A model generated the notes under the pieces. It made no database searches, was not told the DNA's origin, and saw only the letters and a list, made by a program, of their open reading frames with translations. From Eledone cirrhosa (lineage: Eukaryota): a stretch of 64,000 nt of DNA. Location: positions 226,548,001-226,612,000 of the forward strand of contig OZ024742.1 of assembly GCA_964016885.1 (NCBI GenBank), given 5' to 3'. Every line of letters starts with the position of its first letter. Positions within the stretch are counted from its first letter, which is position 1. A program made the position numbers and the translations under genes. Of the stretch, positions 27,001-42,000 are shown piece after piece.

Positions 27001-30000
27001 TTAGTACTGTTACAGTAGTTGGTGTTACTGCTGTAGTTGGTGGTGGTGTTAGTACTGTTACAGTAGGTTGTGTTACTGCTGTAGTTGGTGGTGGTGTTAG
27101 TACTGTTACAGTAGGTGGTGTTACTGCTGTAGTTGGTGGTGGTGTTAGTACTGTTACAGTAGGTGGTGTTACTGCTGTAGTTGGTAGTGGTGTTAGTACT
27201 GTTACAGTAGGTGGTGTTACTGCTGGAGTTGTTAGTGGTGTTAGTACTGTTACAGTAGGTGGTGTTACTGCCGTAGTTGGTGGTGGTGTTAGTACTGTTA
27301 CAGTAGGTGGTGTTACTGCTGTAGTTGGTGGTGGTGTTAGTACTGTTACAGTAGGTGGTGTTACTGCTGTAGTTGGTAGTGGTGTTAGTACTGTTACAGT
27401 AGGTGGTGTTTCTGCCGTAGTTGGTGGTGGTGTTAGTACTGTTACAGTAGGTGGTGTTACTGCTGTAGTTGGTGGTGGTGTTAGTACTGTTACAGTAGGT
27501 GGTGTTACTGCTGTAGTTGGTGGCGGTGTTAGTACTGTTATAATAGGTGGTGTTACTGCTGTAGTTGGTAGTGGTGTTAGTACTGTTACAGTAGGTGGTG
27601 TTACTGCTGTAGTTGGTGGTGGTGTTAGTACTGTTATAGTAGGTGGTGTTACTGCTGTAGTTGGTGGTGGTGTTAGTACTGTTATAGTAGGTGGTGTTAC
27701 TGCTGTAGTTGGTAGTGGTGTTAGTACTGTTACAGTAGGTAGTGTTACTGCTGTAGTTGGTAGTGGTGTTAGTACTGTTACAGTAGGTGGTGTTACTGCT
27801 GTAGTTGGTAGTGGTGTTAGTACTGTTACAGTAGGTGGTGTTACTGCTGTAGTTGGTAGTGGTGTTAGTACTGTTACAGTAGGTGGTGTTACTGCTGTAG
27901 TTGGTAGTGGTGTTAGTACTGTTACAGTAGGTGGTGTTACTGCTGTAGTTGGTAGTGGTGTTAGTACTGTTACAGTAGGTGGTGTTACTGCTGTAGTTGG
28001 TAGTGGTGTTAGTACTGTTACAGTAGGTGGTGTTACTGCTGTAGTTGCTAGTGGTGTTAGTACTGTTACAGTAGGTGGTGTTACTGCTGTAGTTGGTCGT
28101 GGTGTTAGTACTGTTACAGTAGGTGGTGTTACTGCTGTAGTTGGTGGTGGTGTTAGTACTGTTACAGTAGGTGGTGTTACTGCTGTAGTTGGTGGTGGTG
28201 TTAGTACTGTTACAGTAGGTGGTGTTACTGCTGTAGTTGGTGGTGGTGTTAGTACTGTTACAGTAGGTGGTGTTACTGCTGGAGTTGGTGGAGGTGGTAG
28301 TACTGTTACAGTAGGTGGTGTTACTGCTGGAGTTGGTGGAGGTGTTAGTACTGTTACAGTAGGTGGTGTTACTGCTGTAGTTGGTGGAGGTGTTAGTACT
28401 GTTACAGTAGGTGGTGTTACTGCTGTAGTTGGTGGTGGTGTTAGTACTGTTATAGTAGGTGGTGTTACTGCTGTAGTTGGTGGTGGTGTTAGTACTGTTA
28501 CAGTAGGTGGTGTTACTGCTGTAGTTGGTGGTGGTGTTAGTACTGTTATAGTAGGTGGTATTACAGCTGTAGTTGGTAGTGGTGTTAGTACTGTTACAGT
28601 AGGTGGTGTTACTGCTGTAGTTGCTAGTGGTGTTAGTACTGTTACAGTAGGTGGTGTTACTGCTGTAGTTGGTGGTGGTGTTAGTACTGTTACAGTAGGT
28701 GGTGTTACTGCTGTATTTGGTGGTGGTGTTACTACTGTTACAGTAGGTGGTGTTACTGCTGTAGTTGCTAGTGGTGTTAGTACTGTTACAGTAGGTGGTG
28801 TTACTGCTGTAGTTGGTGGTGGTGTTAGTACTGTTACAGTAGGTGGTGTTACTGCTGTAGTTGGTGGTGGTGTTAGTACTGTTACAGTAGGTGGTGTTAC
28901 TGCTGTAGTTGGTGGTGGTGTTAGTACTGTTACAGTAGGTGGTGTTACTGCTGTAGTTGGTTGTGGTGTTAGTACTGTTACGGTAGGTGGTGTTACTGCT
29001 GTAGTTGGTGGTGGTGTTAGTACTGTTACAGTAGGTGGTGTTACTGCTGTAGTTGGTGGTGGTGTTAGTACTGTTACAGTAGGAGGTGTTACTGCTGTAG
29101 TTGGTGGTGGTGTTAGTACTGTTACAGTAGGTGGTGTTACTGCTGTAGTTGGTGGTGGTGTTAGTACTGTTACAGTAGGTGGTATTACTGCTGTAGTTGG
29201 TGGTGGTGTTAGTACTGTTACAGTAGGTGGTGTTACTGCTGGAGTTGGTGGAGGTGTTAGTACTGTTACAGTAGGTGGTGTTACTGCTGTAGTTGGTGGA
29301 GGTGTTAGTACTGTTACAGTAGGTGGTGTTACTGCTGTAGTTGGTGGTGGTGTTAGTACTGTTACAGTAGGTGGTGTTACTGCTGGAGTTGGTGGAGGTG
29401 TTAGTACTGTTACAGTAGGTGGTGTTACTGCTGTAGTTGGTGGAGGTGTTAGTACTGTTACAGTAGGTGTTGTTACTGCTGTAGTTGGTGGCGGTGTTAG
29501 TACTGTTATAATAGGTGGTGTTACTGCTGTAGTTGGTAGTGGTGTTAGTACTGTTACAGTAGGTGGTGTTACTGCTGTGGTTGGTGGTGGTGTTAGTACT
29601 GTTATAGTAGGTGGTGTTACTGCTGTAGTTGGTGGTGGTGTTAGTACTGTTATAGTAGGTGGTGTTACTGCTGTAGTTGGTAGTGGTGTTAGTACTGTTA
29701 CAGTAGGTAGTGTTACTGCTGTAGTTGGTAGTGGTGTTAGTACTGTTACAGTAGGTGGTGTTACTGCTGTAGTTGGTAGTGGTGTTAGTACTGTTACAGT
29801 AGGTGGTGTTACTGCTGTAGTTGGTAGTGGTGTTAGTACTGTTACAGTAGGTGGTGTTACTGCTGTAGTTGGTAGTGGTGTTAGTACTGTTACAGTAGGT
29901 GGTGTTATTGCTGTAGTTGGTAGTGGTGTTAGTACTGTTACAGTCGGTGGTGTTACTGCTGTAGTTGGTAGTGGTGTTAGTACTGTTATAGTAGGTGGTG

Positions 30001-33000
30001 TTACTGCTGTAGTTGGTAGTGGTGTTAGTACTGTTACAGTAGGTGGTGTTACTGCTGTAGTTGGTGGTGGTGTTAGTACTGTTACAGTAGTTGGTGTTAC
30101 TGCTGTAGTTGGTGGAGGTGTTAGTACTGTTACAGTAGGTGGTGTTACTGCTGTAGTTGGTGGTGGTGTTAGTACTGTTACAGTAGGTGGTGTTACTGCT
30201 GTAGTTGGTGGTGGTGTTAGTACTGTTACAGTAGGTGGTGTTACTGCCGTAGTTGGTGGTGGTGTTAGTACTGTGACAGTAGGTGGTGTTACTGCTGTAG
30301 TTGGTAGTGGTGTTACTACTGTTACAGTAGGTGGTGTTACTGCTGTAGTTGATGGTGGTGTTAGTACTGTTACAGTAGTTGGTGTTACTGCTGTAGTTGG
30401 TGGTGGTGTTAGTACTGTTACAGTAGGTGGTGTTACTGCTGTAGTTGGTGGTGGTGTTAGTACTGTTACAGTAGGTGGTGTTACTGCTGTAGTTGGTAGT
30501 GGTGTTAGTACTGTTACAGTAGGTGGTGTTACTGCTGGAGTTGGTAGTGGTGTTAGTACTGTTACAGTAGGTGGTGTTACTGCCGTAGTTGGTGGTGGTG
30601 TTAGTACTGTTACAGTAGGTGGTGTTACTGCTGTAGTTGGTGGTGGTGTTAGTACTGTTACAGTAGGTGGTGTTACTGCTGTAGTTGGTAGTGGTGTTAG
30701 TACTGTTACAGTAGGTGGTGTTTCTGCCGTAGTTGGTGGTGGTGTTAGTACTGTTACAGTAGGTGGTGTTACTGCTGTAGTTGGTGGTGGTGTTAGTACT
30801 GTTACAGTAGGTGGTGTTACTGCTGTAGTTGGTGGCGGTGTTAGTACTGTTATAATAGGTGGTGTTACTGCTGTAGTTGGTAGTGGTGTTAGTACTGTTA
30901 CAGTAGTTGGTGTTACTGCTGTAGTTGGTGGTGGTGTTAGTACTGTTACAGTAGGTGGTGTTACTGCTGTAGTTGGTGGTGGTGTTAGTACTGTTACAGT
31001 AGGTGGTGTTACTGCTGTAGTTGGTGGGGGTGTTAGTACTGTTACAGTAGGTGGTGTTACTGCTGGAGTTGGTAGTGGGGTTAGTACTGTTACAGTAGGT
31101 GGTGTTACTGCTGTAGTTGGTGGTGGTGTTAGTACTGTTACAGTAGTTGGTGGTGGTGTTAGTACTGTGACAGTAGGTGGTGTTACTGCTGTAGTTGGTG
31201 GTGGTGTTAGTACTGTTACAGTAGGTGGTGTTACTGCTGGAGTTGGTAGTGGTGTTAGTACTGTTACAGTAGTTGGTGTTACTGCTGTAGTTGGTGGTGG
31301 TGTTAGTACTGTTACAGTAGGTTGTGTTACTGCTGTAGTTGGTGGTGGTGTTAGTACTGTTACAGTAGGTGGTGTTACTGCTGTAGTTGGTGGTGGTGTT
31401 AGTACTGTTACAGTAGGTGGTGTTACTGCTGTAGTTGGTAGTGGTGTTAGTACTGTTACAGTAGGTGGTGTTACTGCTGGAGTTGTTAGTGGTGTTAGTA
31501 CTGTTACAGTAGGTGGTGTTACTGCCGTAGTTGGTGGTGGTGTTAGTACTGTTACAGTAGGTGGTGTTACTGCTGTAGTTGGTGGTGGTGTTAGTACTGT
31601 TACAGTAGGTGGTGTTACTGCTGTAGTTGGTAGTGGTGTTAGTACTGTTACAGTAGGTGGTGTTTCTGCCGTAGTTGGTGGTGGTGTTAGTACTGTTACA
31701 GTAGGTGGTGTTACTGCTGTAGTTGGTGGTGGTGTTAGTACTGTTACAGTAGGTGGTGTTACTGCTGTAGTTGGTGGCGGTGTTAGTACTGTTATAATAG
31801 GTGGTGTTACTGCTGTAGTTGGTAGTGGTGTTAGTACTGTTACAGTAGGTGGTGTTACTGCTGTAGTTGGTGGTGGTGTTAGTACTGTTATAGTAGGTGG
31901 TGTTACTGCTGTAGTTGGTGGTGGTGTTAGTACTGTTATAGTAGGTGGTGTTACTGCTGTAGTTGGTAGTGGTGTTAGTACTGTTACAGTAGGTAGTGTT
32001 ACTGCTGTAGTTGGTAGTGGTGTTAGTACTGTTACAGTAGGTGGTGTTACTGCTGTAGTTGGTAGTGGTGTTAGTACTGTTACAGTAGGTGGTGTTACTG
32101 CTGTAGTTGGTAGTGGTGTTAGTACTGTTACAGTAGGTGGTGTTACTGCTGTAGTTGGTAGTGGTGTTAGTACTGTTACAGTAGGTGGTGTTACTGCTGT
32201 AGTTGGTAGTGGTGTTAGTACTGTTACAGTAGGTGGTGTTACTGCTGTAGTTGGTAGTGGTGTTAGTACTGTTACAGTAGGTGGTGTTACTGCTGTAGTT
32301 GCTAGTGGTGTTAGTATTGTTACAGTAGGTGGTGTTACTGCTGTAGTTGGTCGTGGTGTTAGTACTGTTACAGTAGGTGGTGTTACTGCTGTAGTTGGTG
32401 GTGGTGTTAGTACTGTTACAGTAGGTGGTGTTACTGCTGTAGTTGGTGGTGGTGTTAGTACTGTTACAGTAGGTGGTGTTACTGCTGTAGTTGGTGGTGG
32501 TGTTAGTACTGTTACAGTAGGTGGTGTTACTGCTGGAGTTGGTGGAGGTGGTAGTACTGTTACAGTAGGTGGTGTTACTGCTGGAGTTGGTGGAGGTGTT
32601 AGTACTGTTACAGTAGGTGGTGTTACTGCTGTAGTTGGTGGAGGTGTTAGTACTGTTACAGTAGGTGGTGTTACTGCTGTAGTTGGTGGTGGTGTTAGTA
32701 CTGTTATAGTAGGTGGTGTTACTGCTGTAGTTGGTGGTGGTGTTAGTACTGTTACAGTAGGTGGTGTTACTGCTGTAGTTGGTGGTGGTGTTAGTACTGT
32801 TATAGTAGGTGGTATTACAGCTGTAGTTGGTAGTGGTGTTAGTACTGTTACAGTAGGTGGTGTTACTGCTGTAGTTGCTAGTGGTGTTAGTACTGTTACA
32901 GTAGGTGGTGTTACTGCTGTAGTTGGTGGTGGTGTTAGTACTGTTACAGTAGGTGGTGTTACTGCTGTATTTGGTGGTGGTGTTACTACTGTTACAGTAG

Positions 33001-36000
33001 GTGGTGTTACTGCTGTAGTTGCTAGTGGTGTTAGTACTGTTACAGTAGGTGGTGTTACTGCTGTAGTTGGTGGTGGTGTTAGTACTGTTACAGTAGGTGG
33101 TGTTACTGCTGTAGTTGGTGGTGGTGTTAGTACTGTTACAGTAGGTGGTGTTACTGCTGTAGTTGGTGGTGGTGTTAGTACTGTTACAGTAGGTGGTGTT
33201 ACTGCTGTAGTTGGTTGTGGTGTTAGTACTGTTACGGTAGGTGGTGTTACTGCTGTAGTTGGTGGTGGTGTTAGTACTGTTACAGTAGGTGGTGTTACTG
33301 CTGTAGTTGGTGGTGGTGTTAGTACTGTTACAGTAGGAGGTGTTACTGCTGTAGTTGGTGGTGGTGTTAGTACTGTTACAGTAGGTGGTGTTACTGCTGT
33401 AGTTGGTGGTGGTGTTAGTACTGTTACAGTAGGTGGTATTACTGCTGTAGTTGGTGGTGGTGTTAGTACTGTTACAGTAGGTGGTGTTACTGCTGGAGTT
33501 GGTGGAGGTGTTAGTACTGTTACAGTAGGTGGTGTTACTGCTGTAGTTGGTGGAGGTGTTAGTACTGTTACAGTAGGTGGTGTTACTGCTGTAGTTGGTG
33601 GTGGTGTTAGTACTGTTACAGTAGGTGGTGTTACTGCTGGAGTTGGTGGAGGTGTTAGTACTGTTACAGTAGGTGGTGTTACTGCTGTAGTTGGTGGAGG
33701 TGTTAGTACTGTTACAGTAGGTGTTGTTACTGCTGTAGTTGGTGGCGGTGTTAGTACTGTTATAATAGGTGGTGTTACTGCTGTAGTTGGTAGTGGTGTT
33801 AGTACTGTTACAGTAGGTGGTGTTACTGCTGTGGTTGGTGGTGGTGTTAGTACTGTTATAGTAGGTGGTGTTACTGCTGTAGTTGGTGGTGGTGTTAGTA
33901 CTGTTATAGTAGGTGGTGTTACTGCTGTAGTTGGTAGTGGTGTTAGTACTGTTACAGTAGGTAGTGTTACTGCTGTAGTTGGTAGTGGTGTTAGTACTGT
34001 TACAGTAGGTGGTGTTACTGCTGTAGTTGGTAGTGGTGTTAGTACTGTTACAGTAGGTGGTGTTACTGCTGTAGTTGGTAGTGGTGTTAGTACTGTTACA
34101 GTAGGTGTTGTTACTGCTGTAGTTGGTAGTGGTGTTAGTACTGTTACAGTAGGTGGTGTTATTGCTGTAGTTGGTAGTGGTGTTAGTACTGTTACAGTCG
34201 GTGGTGTTACTGCTGTAGTTGGTAGTGGTGTTAGTACTGTTATAGTAGGTGGTGTTACTGCTGTAGTTGGTAGTGGTGTTAGTACTGTTACAGTAGGTGG
34301 TGTTACTGCTGTAGTTGGTGGTGGTGTTAGTACTGTTACAGTAGTTGGTGTTACTGCTGTAGTTGGTGGAGGTGTTAGTACTGTTACAGTAGGTGGTGTT
34401 ACTGCTGTAGTTGGTGGTGGTGTTAGTACTGTTACAGTAGGTGGTGTTACTGCTGTAGTTGGTGGTGGTGTTAGTACTGTTACAGTAGGTGGTGTTACTG
34501 CCGTAGTTGGTGGTGGTGTTAGTACTGTGACAGTAGGTGGTGTTACTGCTGTAGTTGGTAGTGGTGTTACTACTGTTACAGTAGGTGGTGTTACTGCTGT
34601 AGTTGATGGTGGTGTTAGTACTGTTACAGTAGTTGGTGTTACTGCTGTAGTTGGTGGTGGTGTTAGTACTGTTACAGTAGGTGGTGTTACTGCTGTAGTT
34701 GGTGGTGGTGTTAGTACTGTTACAGTAGGTGGTGTTACTGCTGTAGTTGGTAGTGGTGTTAGTACTGTTACAGTAGGTGGTGTTACTGCTGGAGTTGGTA
34801 GTGGTGTTAGTACTGTTACAGTAGGTGGTGTTACTGCCGTAGTTGGTGGTGGTGTTAGTACTGTTACAGTAGGTGGTGTTACTGCTGTAGTTGGTGGTGG
34901 TGTTAGTACTGTTACAGTAGGTGGTGTTACTGCTGTAGTTGGTAGTGGTGTTAGTACTGTTACAGTAGGTGGTGTTTCTGCCGTAGTTGGTGGTGGTGTT
35001 AGTACTGTTACAGTAGGTGGTGTTACTGCTGTAGTTGGTGGTGGTGTTAGTACTGTTACAGTAGGTGGTGTTACTGCTGTAGTTGGTGGCGGTGTTAGTA
35101 CTGTTATAATAGGTGGTGTTACTGCTGTAGTTGGTAGTGGTGTTAGTACTGTTACAGTAGGTGGTGTTACTGCTGTAGTTGGTGGTGGTGTTAGTACTGT
35201 TATAGTAGGTGGTGTTACTGCTGTAGTTGGTGGTGGTGTTAGTACTGTTATAGTAGGTGGTGTTACTGCTGTAGTTGGTAGTGGTGTTAGTACTGTTACA
35301 GTAGGTAGTGTTACTGCTGTAGTTGGTAGTGGTGTTAGTACTGTTACAGTAGGTGGTGTTACTGCTGTAGTTGGTAGTGGTGTTAGTACTGTTACAGTAG
35401 GTGGTGTTACTGCTGTAGTTGGTAGTGGTGTTAGTACTGTTACAGTAGGTGGTGTTACTGCTGTAGTTGGTAGTGGTGTTAGTACTGTTACAGTAGGTGG
35501 TGTTACTGCTGTAGTTGGTAGTGGTGTTAGTACTGTTACAGTAGGTGGTGTTACTGCTGTAGTTGGTAGTGGTGTTAGTACTGTTACAGTAGGTGGTGTT
35601 ACTGCTGTAGTTGGTAGTGGTGTTAGTACTGTTACAGTAGGTGGTGTTACTGCTGTAGTTGGTAGTGGTGTTAGTACTGTTACAGTAGGTGGTGTTACTG
35701 CTGTAGTTGGTAGTGGTGTTAGTACTGTTACAGTCGGTGGTGTTACTGCTGTAGTTGGTAGTGGTGTTAGTACTGTTACAGTAGGTGGTGTTACTGCTGT
35801 AGTTGGTAGTGGTGTTAGTACTGTTACAGTAGGTGGTGTTACTGCTGTAGTTGGTGGTGGTGTTAGTACTGTTACAGTAGTTGGTGTTACTGCTGTAGTT
35901 GGTGGAGGTGTTAGTACTGTTACAGTAGGTGGTGTTACTGCTGTAGTTGGTGGTGGTGTTAGTACTGTTACAGTAGGTGGTGTTACTGCTGTAGTTGGTG

Positions 36001-39000
36001 GTGGTGTTAGTACTGTTACAGTAGGTGGTGTTACTGCTGTAGTTGGTGGTGATGTTAGTACTGTGACAGTAGGTGGTGTTACTGCTGTAGTTGGTAGTGG
36101 TGTTACTACTGTTACAGTAGGTGGTGTTACTGCTGTAGTTGGTGGTGGTGTTAGTACTGTTACAGTAGTTGGTGTTACTGCTGTAGTTGGTGGTGGTGTT
36201 AGTACTGTTACAGTAGGTGGTGTTACTGCTGTAGTTGGTGGTGGTGTTAGTACTGTTACAGTAGGTGGTGTTACTGCTGGAGTTGGTAGTGGGGTTAGTA
36301 CTGTTACAGTAGGTGGTGTTACTGCTGTAGTTGGTGGTGGTGTTAGTACTGTTACAGTAGGTGGTGTTACTGCTGTAGTTGGTGGTGGTGTTAGTACTGT
36401 TACAGTAGGTGGTGTTACTGCTGGAGTTGATAGTGGTGTTAGTACTGTTACAGTAGTTGGTGTTACTGCTGTAGTTGGTGGTGGTGTTAGTACTGTTACA
36501 GTAGGTTGTGTTACTGCTGTAGTTGGTGGTGGTGTTAGTACTGTTACAGTAGGTGGTGTTACTGCTGTAGTTGGTGGTGGTGTTAGTACTGTTACAGTAG
36601 TTGGTGTTACTGCTGTAGTTGGTGGTGGTGTTAGTACTGTTACAGTAGGTGGTGTTACTGCTGTAGTTGGTAGTGGTGTTAGTACTGTTACAGTAGGTGG
36701 TGTTACTGCTGGAGTTGGTAGTGGTGTTCGTACTATTACAGTAGGTGGTGTTACTGCTGTAGTTGGTGGTGGTGTTAGTACTGTTACAGTAGGTGGTGTT
36801 ACTGCTGGAGTTGGTAGTGGGGTTAGTACTGTTACAGTAGGTGGTGTTACTGCTGTAGTTGGTGGTGGTGTTAGTACTGTTACAGTAGGTGGTGTTACTG
36901 CTGTAGTTGGTGGTGGTGTTAGTACTGTTACAGTAGGTGGTGTTACTGCTGGAGTTGGTAGTGGTGTTAGTACTGTTACAGTAGGTGGTGTTACTGCTGG
37001 AGTTGGTAGTGGTGTTCGTACTATTACAGTAGGTGGTGTTACTGCTGTAGTTGGTGGTGGTGTTAGTACTGTTACAGTAGGTGGTGTTACTGCTGGAGTT
37101 GGTAGTGGTGTTCGTACTATTACAGTAGGTGGTGTTACTGCTGTAGTTGGTGGTGGTGTTAGTACTGTTACAGTAGGTGGTGTTACTGCTGGAGTTGGTA
37201 GTGGGGTTAGTACTGTTACAGTAGGTGGTGTTACTGCTGTAGTTGGTGGTGGTGTTAGTACTGTTACAGTAGGTGGTGTTACTGCTGTAGTTGGTGGTGG
37301 TGTTAGTACTGTTACAGTAGGTGGTGTTACTGCTGTAGTTGGTGGTGATGTTAGTACTGTGACAGTAGGTGGTGTTACTGCTGTAGTTGGTAGTGGTGTT
37401 ACTACTGTTACAGTAGGTGGTGTTACTGCTGTAGTTGGTGGTGGTGTTAGTACTGTTACAGTAGTTGGTGTTACTGCTGTAGTTGGTGGTGGTGTTAGTA
37501 CTGTTACAGTAGGTGGTGTTACTGCTGTAGTTGGTGGTGGTGTTAGTACTGTTACAGTTGGTGGTGTTACTGCTGTAGTTGGTGGTGGTGGTGTTAGTAC
37601 TGTTACAGTAGGTGGTGTTACTGCTGTAGTTAGTGGTGGTGTTAGTACTGTTACAGTAGGTGGTGCTACTGCTGTAGTTGGTGGTGGTGTTAGTACTGTT
37701 ATAGTAGGTGGTGTTACTGCTGTAGTTGGTGGTGGTGTTACTACTGTTATAGTAGGTGGGGTTACTGCTGTAGTTGGTGGTGGTGTTAGTACTGTTACAG
37801 TAGGTGGTGTTACTGCTGTAGTTGGTGGTGGTGTTAGTACTGTTACAGTAGGTGGTGTTACTGCTGTAGTTGGTGGTGGTGGTGTTAGTACTGTTACAGT
37901 AGGTGGTGTTACTGCTGTAGTTGGTGGTGGTGTTAGTACTGTTACAGTAAGTGGTGTTACTGCTGTAGTTGGTGGTGGTGTTAGTACTGTTATAGTAGGT
38001 GGTGTTACTGCTGTAGTTGGTGGTGGTGTTAGTACTGTTACAGTAGGTGGTGTTACTGCTGTAGTTGGTGGTGGTGTTAGTACTGTTACAGTAGGTGGTG
38101 TTACTGCTGTAGTTGGTGGTGGTGTTGGTACTGTTACAGTAGGTAGTGTTACTGCTGTAGTTGGTGGTGGTGTTAGTACTGTTACAGTAGGTGGTGTTAC
38201 TGCTGTAGTTGGTGGTGGTGTTAGTACTGTTACAGTAGGTGGTGTTACTGCTGTTGTTGGTGGAGGTGTTAGCACTGTTATAGTAGGTGGTGTTACTGCT
38301 GTAGTTGGTGGTGGTGTTAGTACTGTTACAGTAGTTGGTGTTACTGCTGTAGTTGGTGGTGGTGTTAGTACTGTTACAGTAGGTGGTGTTACTGCTGTAG
38401 TTGGTGGTGGTGTTAGTACTGTTACAGTAGTTGGTGTTACTGCTGTAGTTGGTGGTGGTGTTAGTACTGTTACAGTAGGTGGTGTTACTGCTGTAGTTGG
38501 TGGTGGTGTTAGTACTGTTACAGTAGGTGGTGTTACTGCTGGAGTTGGTAGTGGTGTTAGTACTGTTACAGTAGTTGGTGTTACTGCTGTAGTTGGTGGT
38601 GGTGTTAGTACTGTTACAGTAGGTTGTGTTACTGCTGTAGTTGGTGGTGGTGTTAGTACTGTTACAGTAGGTGGTGTTACTGCTGTAGTTGGTAGTGGTG
38701 TTAGTACTGTTACAGTAGGTGGTGTTACTGCTGGAGTTGGTAGTGGTGTTAGTACTGTTACAGTAGGTGGTGTTACTGCCGTAGTTGGTGGTGGTGTTAG
38801 TACTGTTACAGTAGGTGGTGTTACTGCTGTAGTTGGTGGTGGTGTTAGTACTGTTACAGTAGGTGGTGTTACTGCTGTAGTTGGTAGTGGTGTTAGTACT
38901 GTTACAGTAGGTGGTGTTTCTGCCGTAGTTGGTGGTGGTTTTAGTACTGTTACAGTAGGTGGTGTTACTGCTGTAGTTGGTGGTGGTGTTAGTACTGTTA

Positions 39001-42000
39001 CAGTAGGTGGTGTTACTGCTGTAGTTGGTGGCGGTGTTAGTACTGTTATAATAGGTGGTGTTACTGCTGTAGTTGGTAGTGGTGTTAGTACTGTTACAGT
39101 AGGTGGTGTTACTGCTGTAGTTGGTGGTGGTGTTAGTACTGTTATAGTAGGTGGTGTTACTGCTGTAGTTGGTGGTGGTGTTAGTACTGTTATAGTAGGT
39201 GGTGTTACTGCTGTAGTTGGTAGTGGTGTTAGTACTGTTACAGTAGGTAGTGTTACTGCTGTAGTTGGTGGTGGTGTTAGTACTGTTACAGTAGGTGGTG
39301 TTACTGCTGTAGTTGGTAGTGGTGTTAGTACTGTTACAGTAGGTGGTGTTACTGCTGTAGTTGGTAGTGGTGTTAGTACTGTTACAGTAGGTGGTGTTAC
39401 TGCTGTAGTTGGTAGTGGTGTTAGTACTGTTACAGTAGGTGGTGTTACTGCTGTAGTTGGTAGTGGTGTTAGTACTGTTACAGTAGGTGGTGTTACTGCT
39501 GTAGTTGGTAGTGGTGTTAGTACTGTTACAGTAGGTGGTGTTACTGCTGTAGTTGGTAGTGGTGTTAGTACTGTTACAGTAGGTGGTGTTACTGCTGTAG
39601 TTGGTAGTGGTGTTAGTACTGTTACAGTAGGTGGTGTTACTGCTGTAGTTGGTAGTGGTGTTAGTACTGTTACAGTAGGTGGTGTTACTGCTGTAGTTGG
39701 TAGTGGTGTTAGTACTGTTACAGTCGGTGGTGTTACTGCTGTAGTTGGTAGTGGTGTTAGTACTGTTACAGTAGGTGGTGTTACTGCTGTAGTTGGTAGT
39801 GGTGTTAGTACTGTTACAGTAGGTGGTGTTACTGCTGTAGTTGGTGGTGGTGTTAGTACTGTTACAGTAGTTGGTGTTACTGCTGTAGTTGGTGGAGGTG
39901 TTAGTACTGTTACAGTAGGTGGTGTTACTGCTGTAGTTGGTGGTGGTGTTAGTACTGTTACAGTAGGTGGTGTTACTGCTGTAGTTGGTGGTGGTGTTAG
40001 TACTGTTACAGTAGTTGGTGTTACTGCTGTAGTTGGTGGTGATGTTAGTACTGTGACAGTAGGTGGTGTTACTGCTGTAGTTGGTAGTGGTGTTACTACT
40101 GTTACAGTAGGTGGTGTTACTGCTGTAGTTGGTGGTGGTGTTAGTACTGTTACAGTAGTTGGTGTTACTGCTGTAGTTGGTGGTGGTGTTAGTACTGTTA
40201 CAGTAGGTGGTGTTACTGCTGTAGTTGGTGGTGGTGTTAGTACTGTTACAGTAGGTGGTGTTACTGCTGGAGTTGGTAGTGGGGTTAGTACTGTTACAGT
40301 AGGTGGTGTTACTGCTGTAGTTGGTGGTGGTGTTAGTACTGTTACAGTAGGTGGTGTTACTGCTGTAGTTGGTGGTGGTGTTAGTACTGTTACAGTAGGT
40401 GGTGTTACTGCTGGAGTTGGTAGTGGTGTTAGTACTGTTACAGTAGTTGGTGTTACTGCTGTAGTTGGTGGTGGTGTTAGTACTGTTACAGTAGGTTGTG
40501 TTACTGCTGTAGTTGGTGGTGGTGTTAGTACTGTTACAGTAGGTGGTGTTACTGCTGTAGTTGGTGGTGGTGTTAGTACTGTTACAGTAGTTGGTGTTAC
40601 TGCTGTAGTTGGTGGTGGTGTTAGTACTGTTACAGTAGGTGGTGTTACTGCTGTAGTTGGTAGTGGTGTTAGTACTGTTACAGTAGGTGGTGTTACTGCT
40701 GGAGTTGGTAGTGGTGTTCGTACTATTACAGTAGGTGGTGTTACTGCTGTAGTTGGTGGTGGTGTTAGTACTGTTACAGTAGGTGGTGTTACTGCTGGAG
40801 TTGGTAGTGGGGTTAGTACTGTTACAGTAGGTGGTGTTACTGCTGTAGTTGGTGGTGGTGTTAGTACTGTTACAGTAGGTGGTGTTACTGCTGTAGTTGG
40901 TGGTGGTGTTAGTACTGTTACAGTAGGTGGTGTTACTGCTGGAGTTGGTAGTGGTGTTAGTACTGTTACAGTAGTTGGTGTTACTGCTGTAGTTGGTGGT
41001 GGTGTTAGTACTGTTACAGTAGGTTGTGTTACTGCTGTAGTTGGTGGTGGTGTTAGTACTGTTACAGTAAATGGTGTTACTGCTGTAGTTGGTGGTGGTG
41101 TTAGTACTGTTACAGTAGGTGGTGTTACTGCTGTAGTTGGTGGTGGTGTTAGTACTGTTACAGTTGGTGGTGTTACTGCTGTAGTTGGTGGTGGTGGTGT
41201 TAGTACTGTTACAGTAGGTGGTGTTACTGCTGTAGTTAGTGGTGGTGTTAGTACTGTTACAGTAGGTGGTGCTACTGCTGTAGTTGGTGGTGGTGTTAGT
41301 ACTGTTATAGTAGGTGGTGTTACTGCTGTAGTTGGTGGTGGTGTTACTACTGTTATAGTAGGTGGGGTTACTGCTGTAGTTGGTGGTGGTGTTAGTACTG
41401 TTACAGTAGGTGGTGTTACTGCTGTAGTTGGTGGTGGTGTTAGTACTGTTACAGTAGGTGGTGTTACTGCTGTAGTTGGTGGTGGTGGTGTTAGTACTGT
41501 TACAGTAGGTGGTGTTACTGCTGTAGTTGGTGGTGGTGTTAGTACTGTTACAGTAAGTGGTGTTACTGCTGTAGTTGGTGGTGGTGTTAGTACTGTTATA
41601 GTAGGTGGTGTTACTGCTGTAGTTGGTGGTGGTGTTAGTACTGTTACAGTAGGTGGTGTTACTGCTGTAGTTGGTGGTGGTGTTAGTACTGTTACAGTAG
41701 GTGGTGTTACTGCTGTAGTTGGTGGTGGTGTTGGTACTGTTACAGTAGGTAGTGTTACTGCTGTAGTTGGTGGTGGTGTTAGTACTGTTACAGTAGGTGG
41801 TGTTACTGCTGTAGTTGGTGGTGGTGTTAGTACTGTTACAGTAGGTGGTGTTACTGCTGTTGTTGGTGGAGGTGTTAGCACTGTTATAGTAGGTGGTGTT
41901 ACTGCTGTAGTTGGTGGTGGTGTTAGTACTGTTATAGTAGGTGGTGTTACTGCTGTAGTTGGTGGTGGTGTTAGTACTGTTATAGTAGGTGGTGTTACTG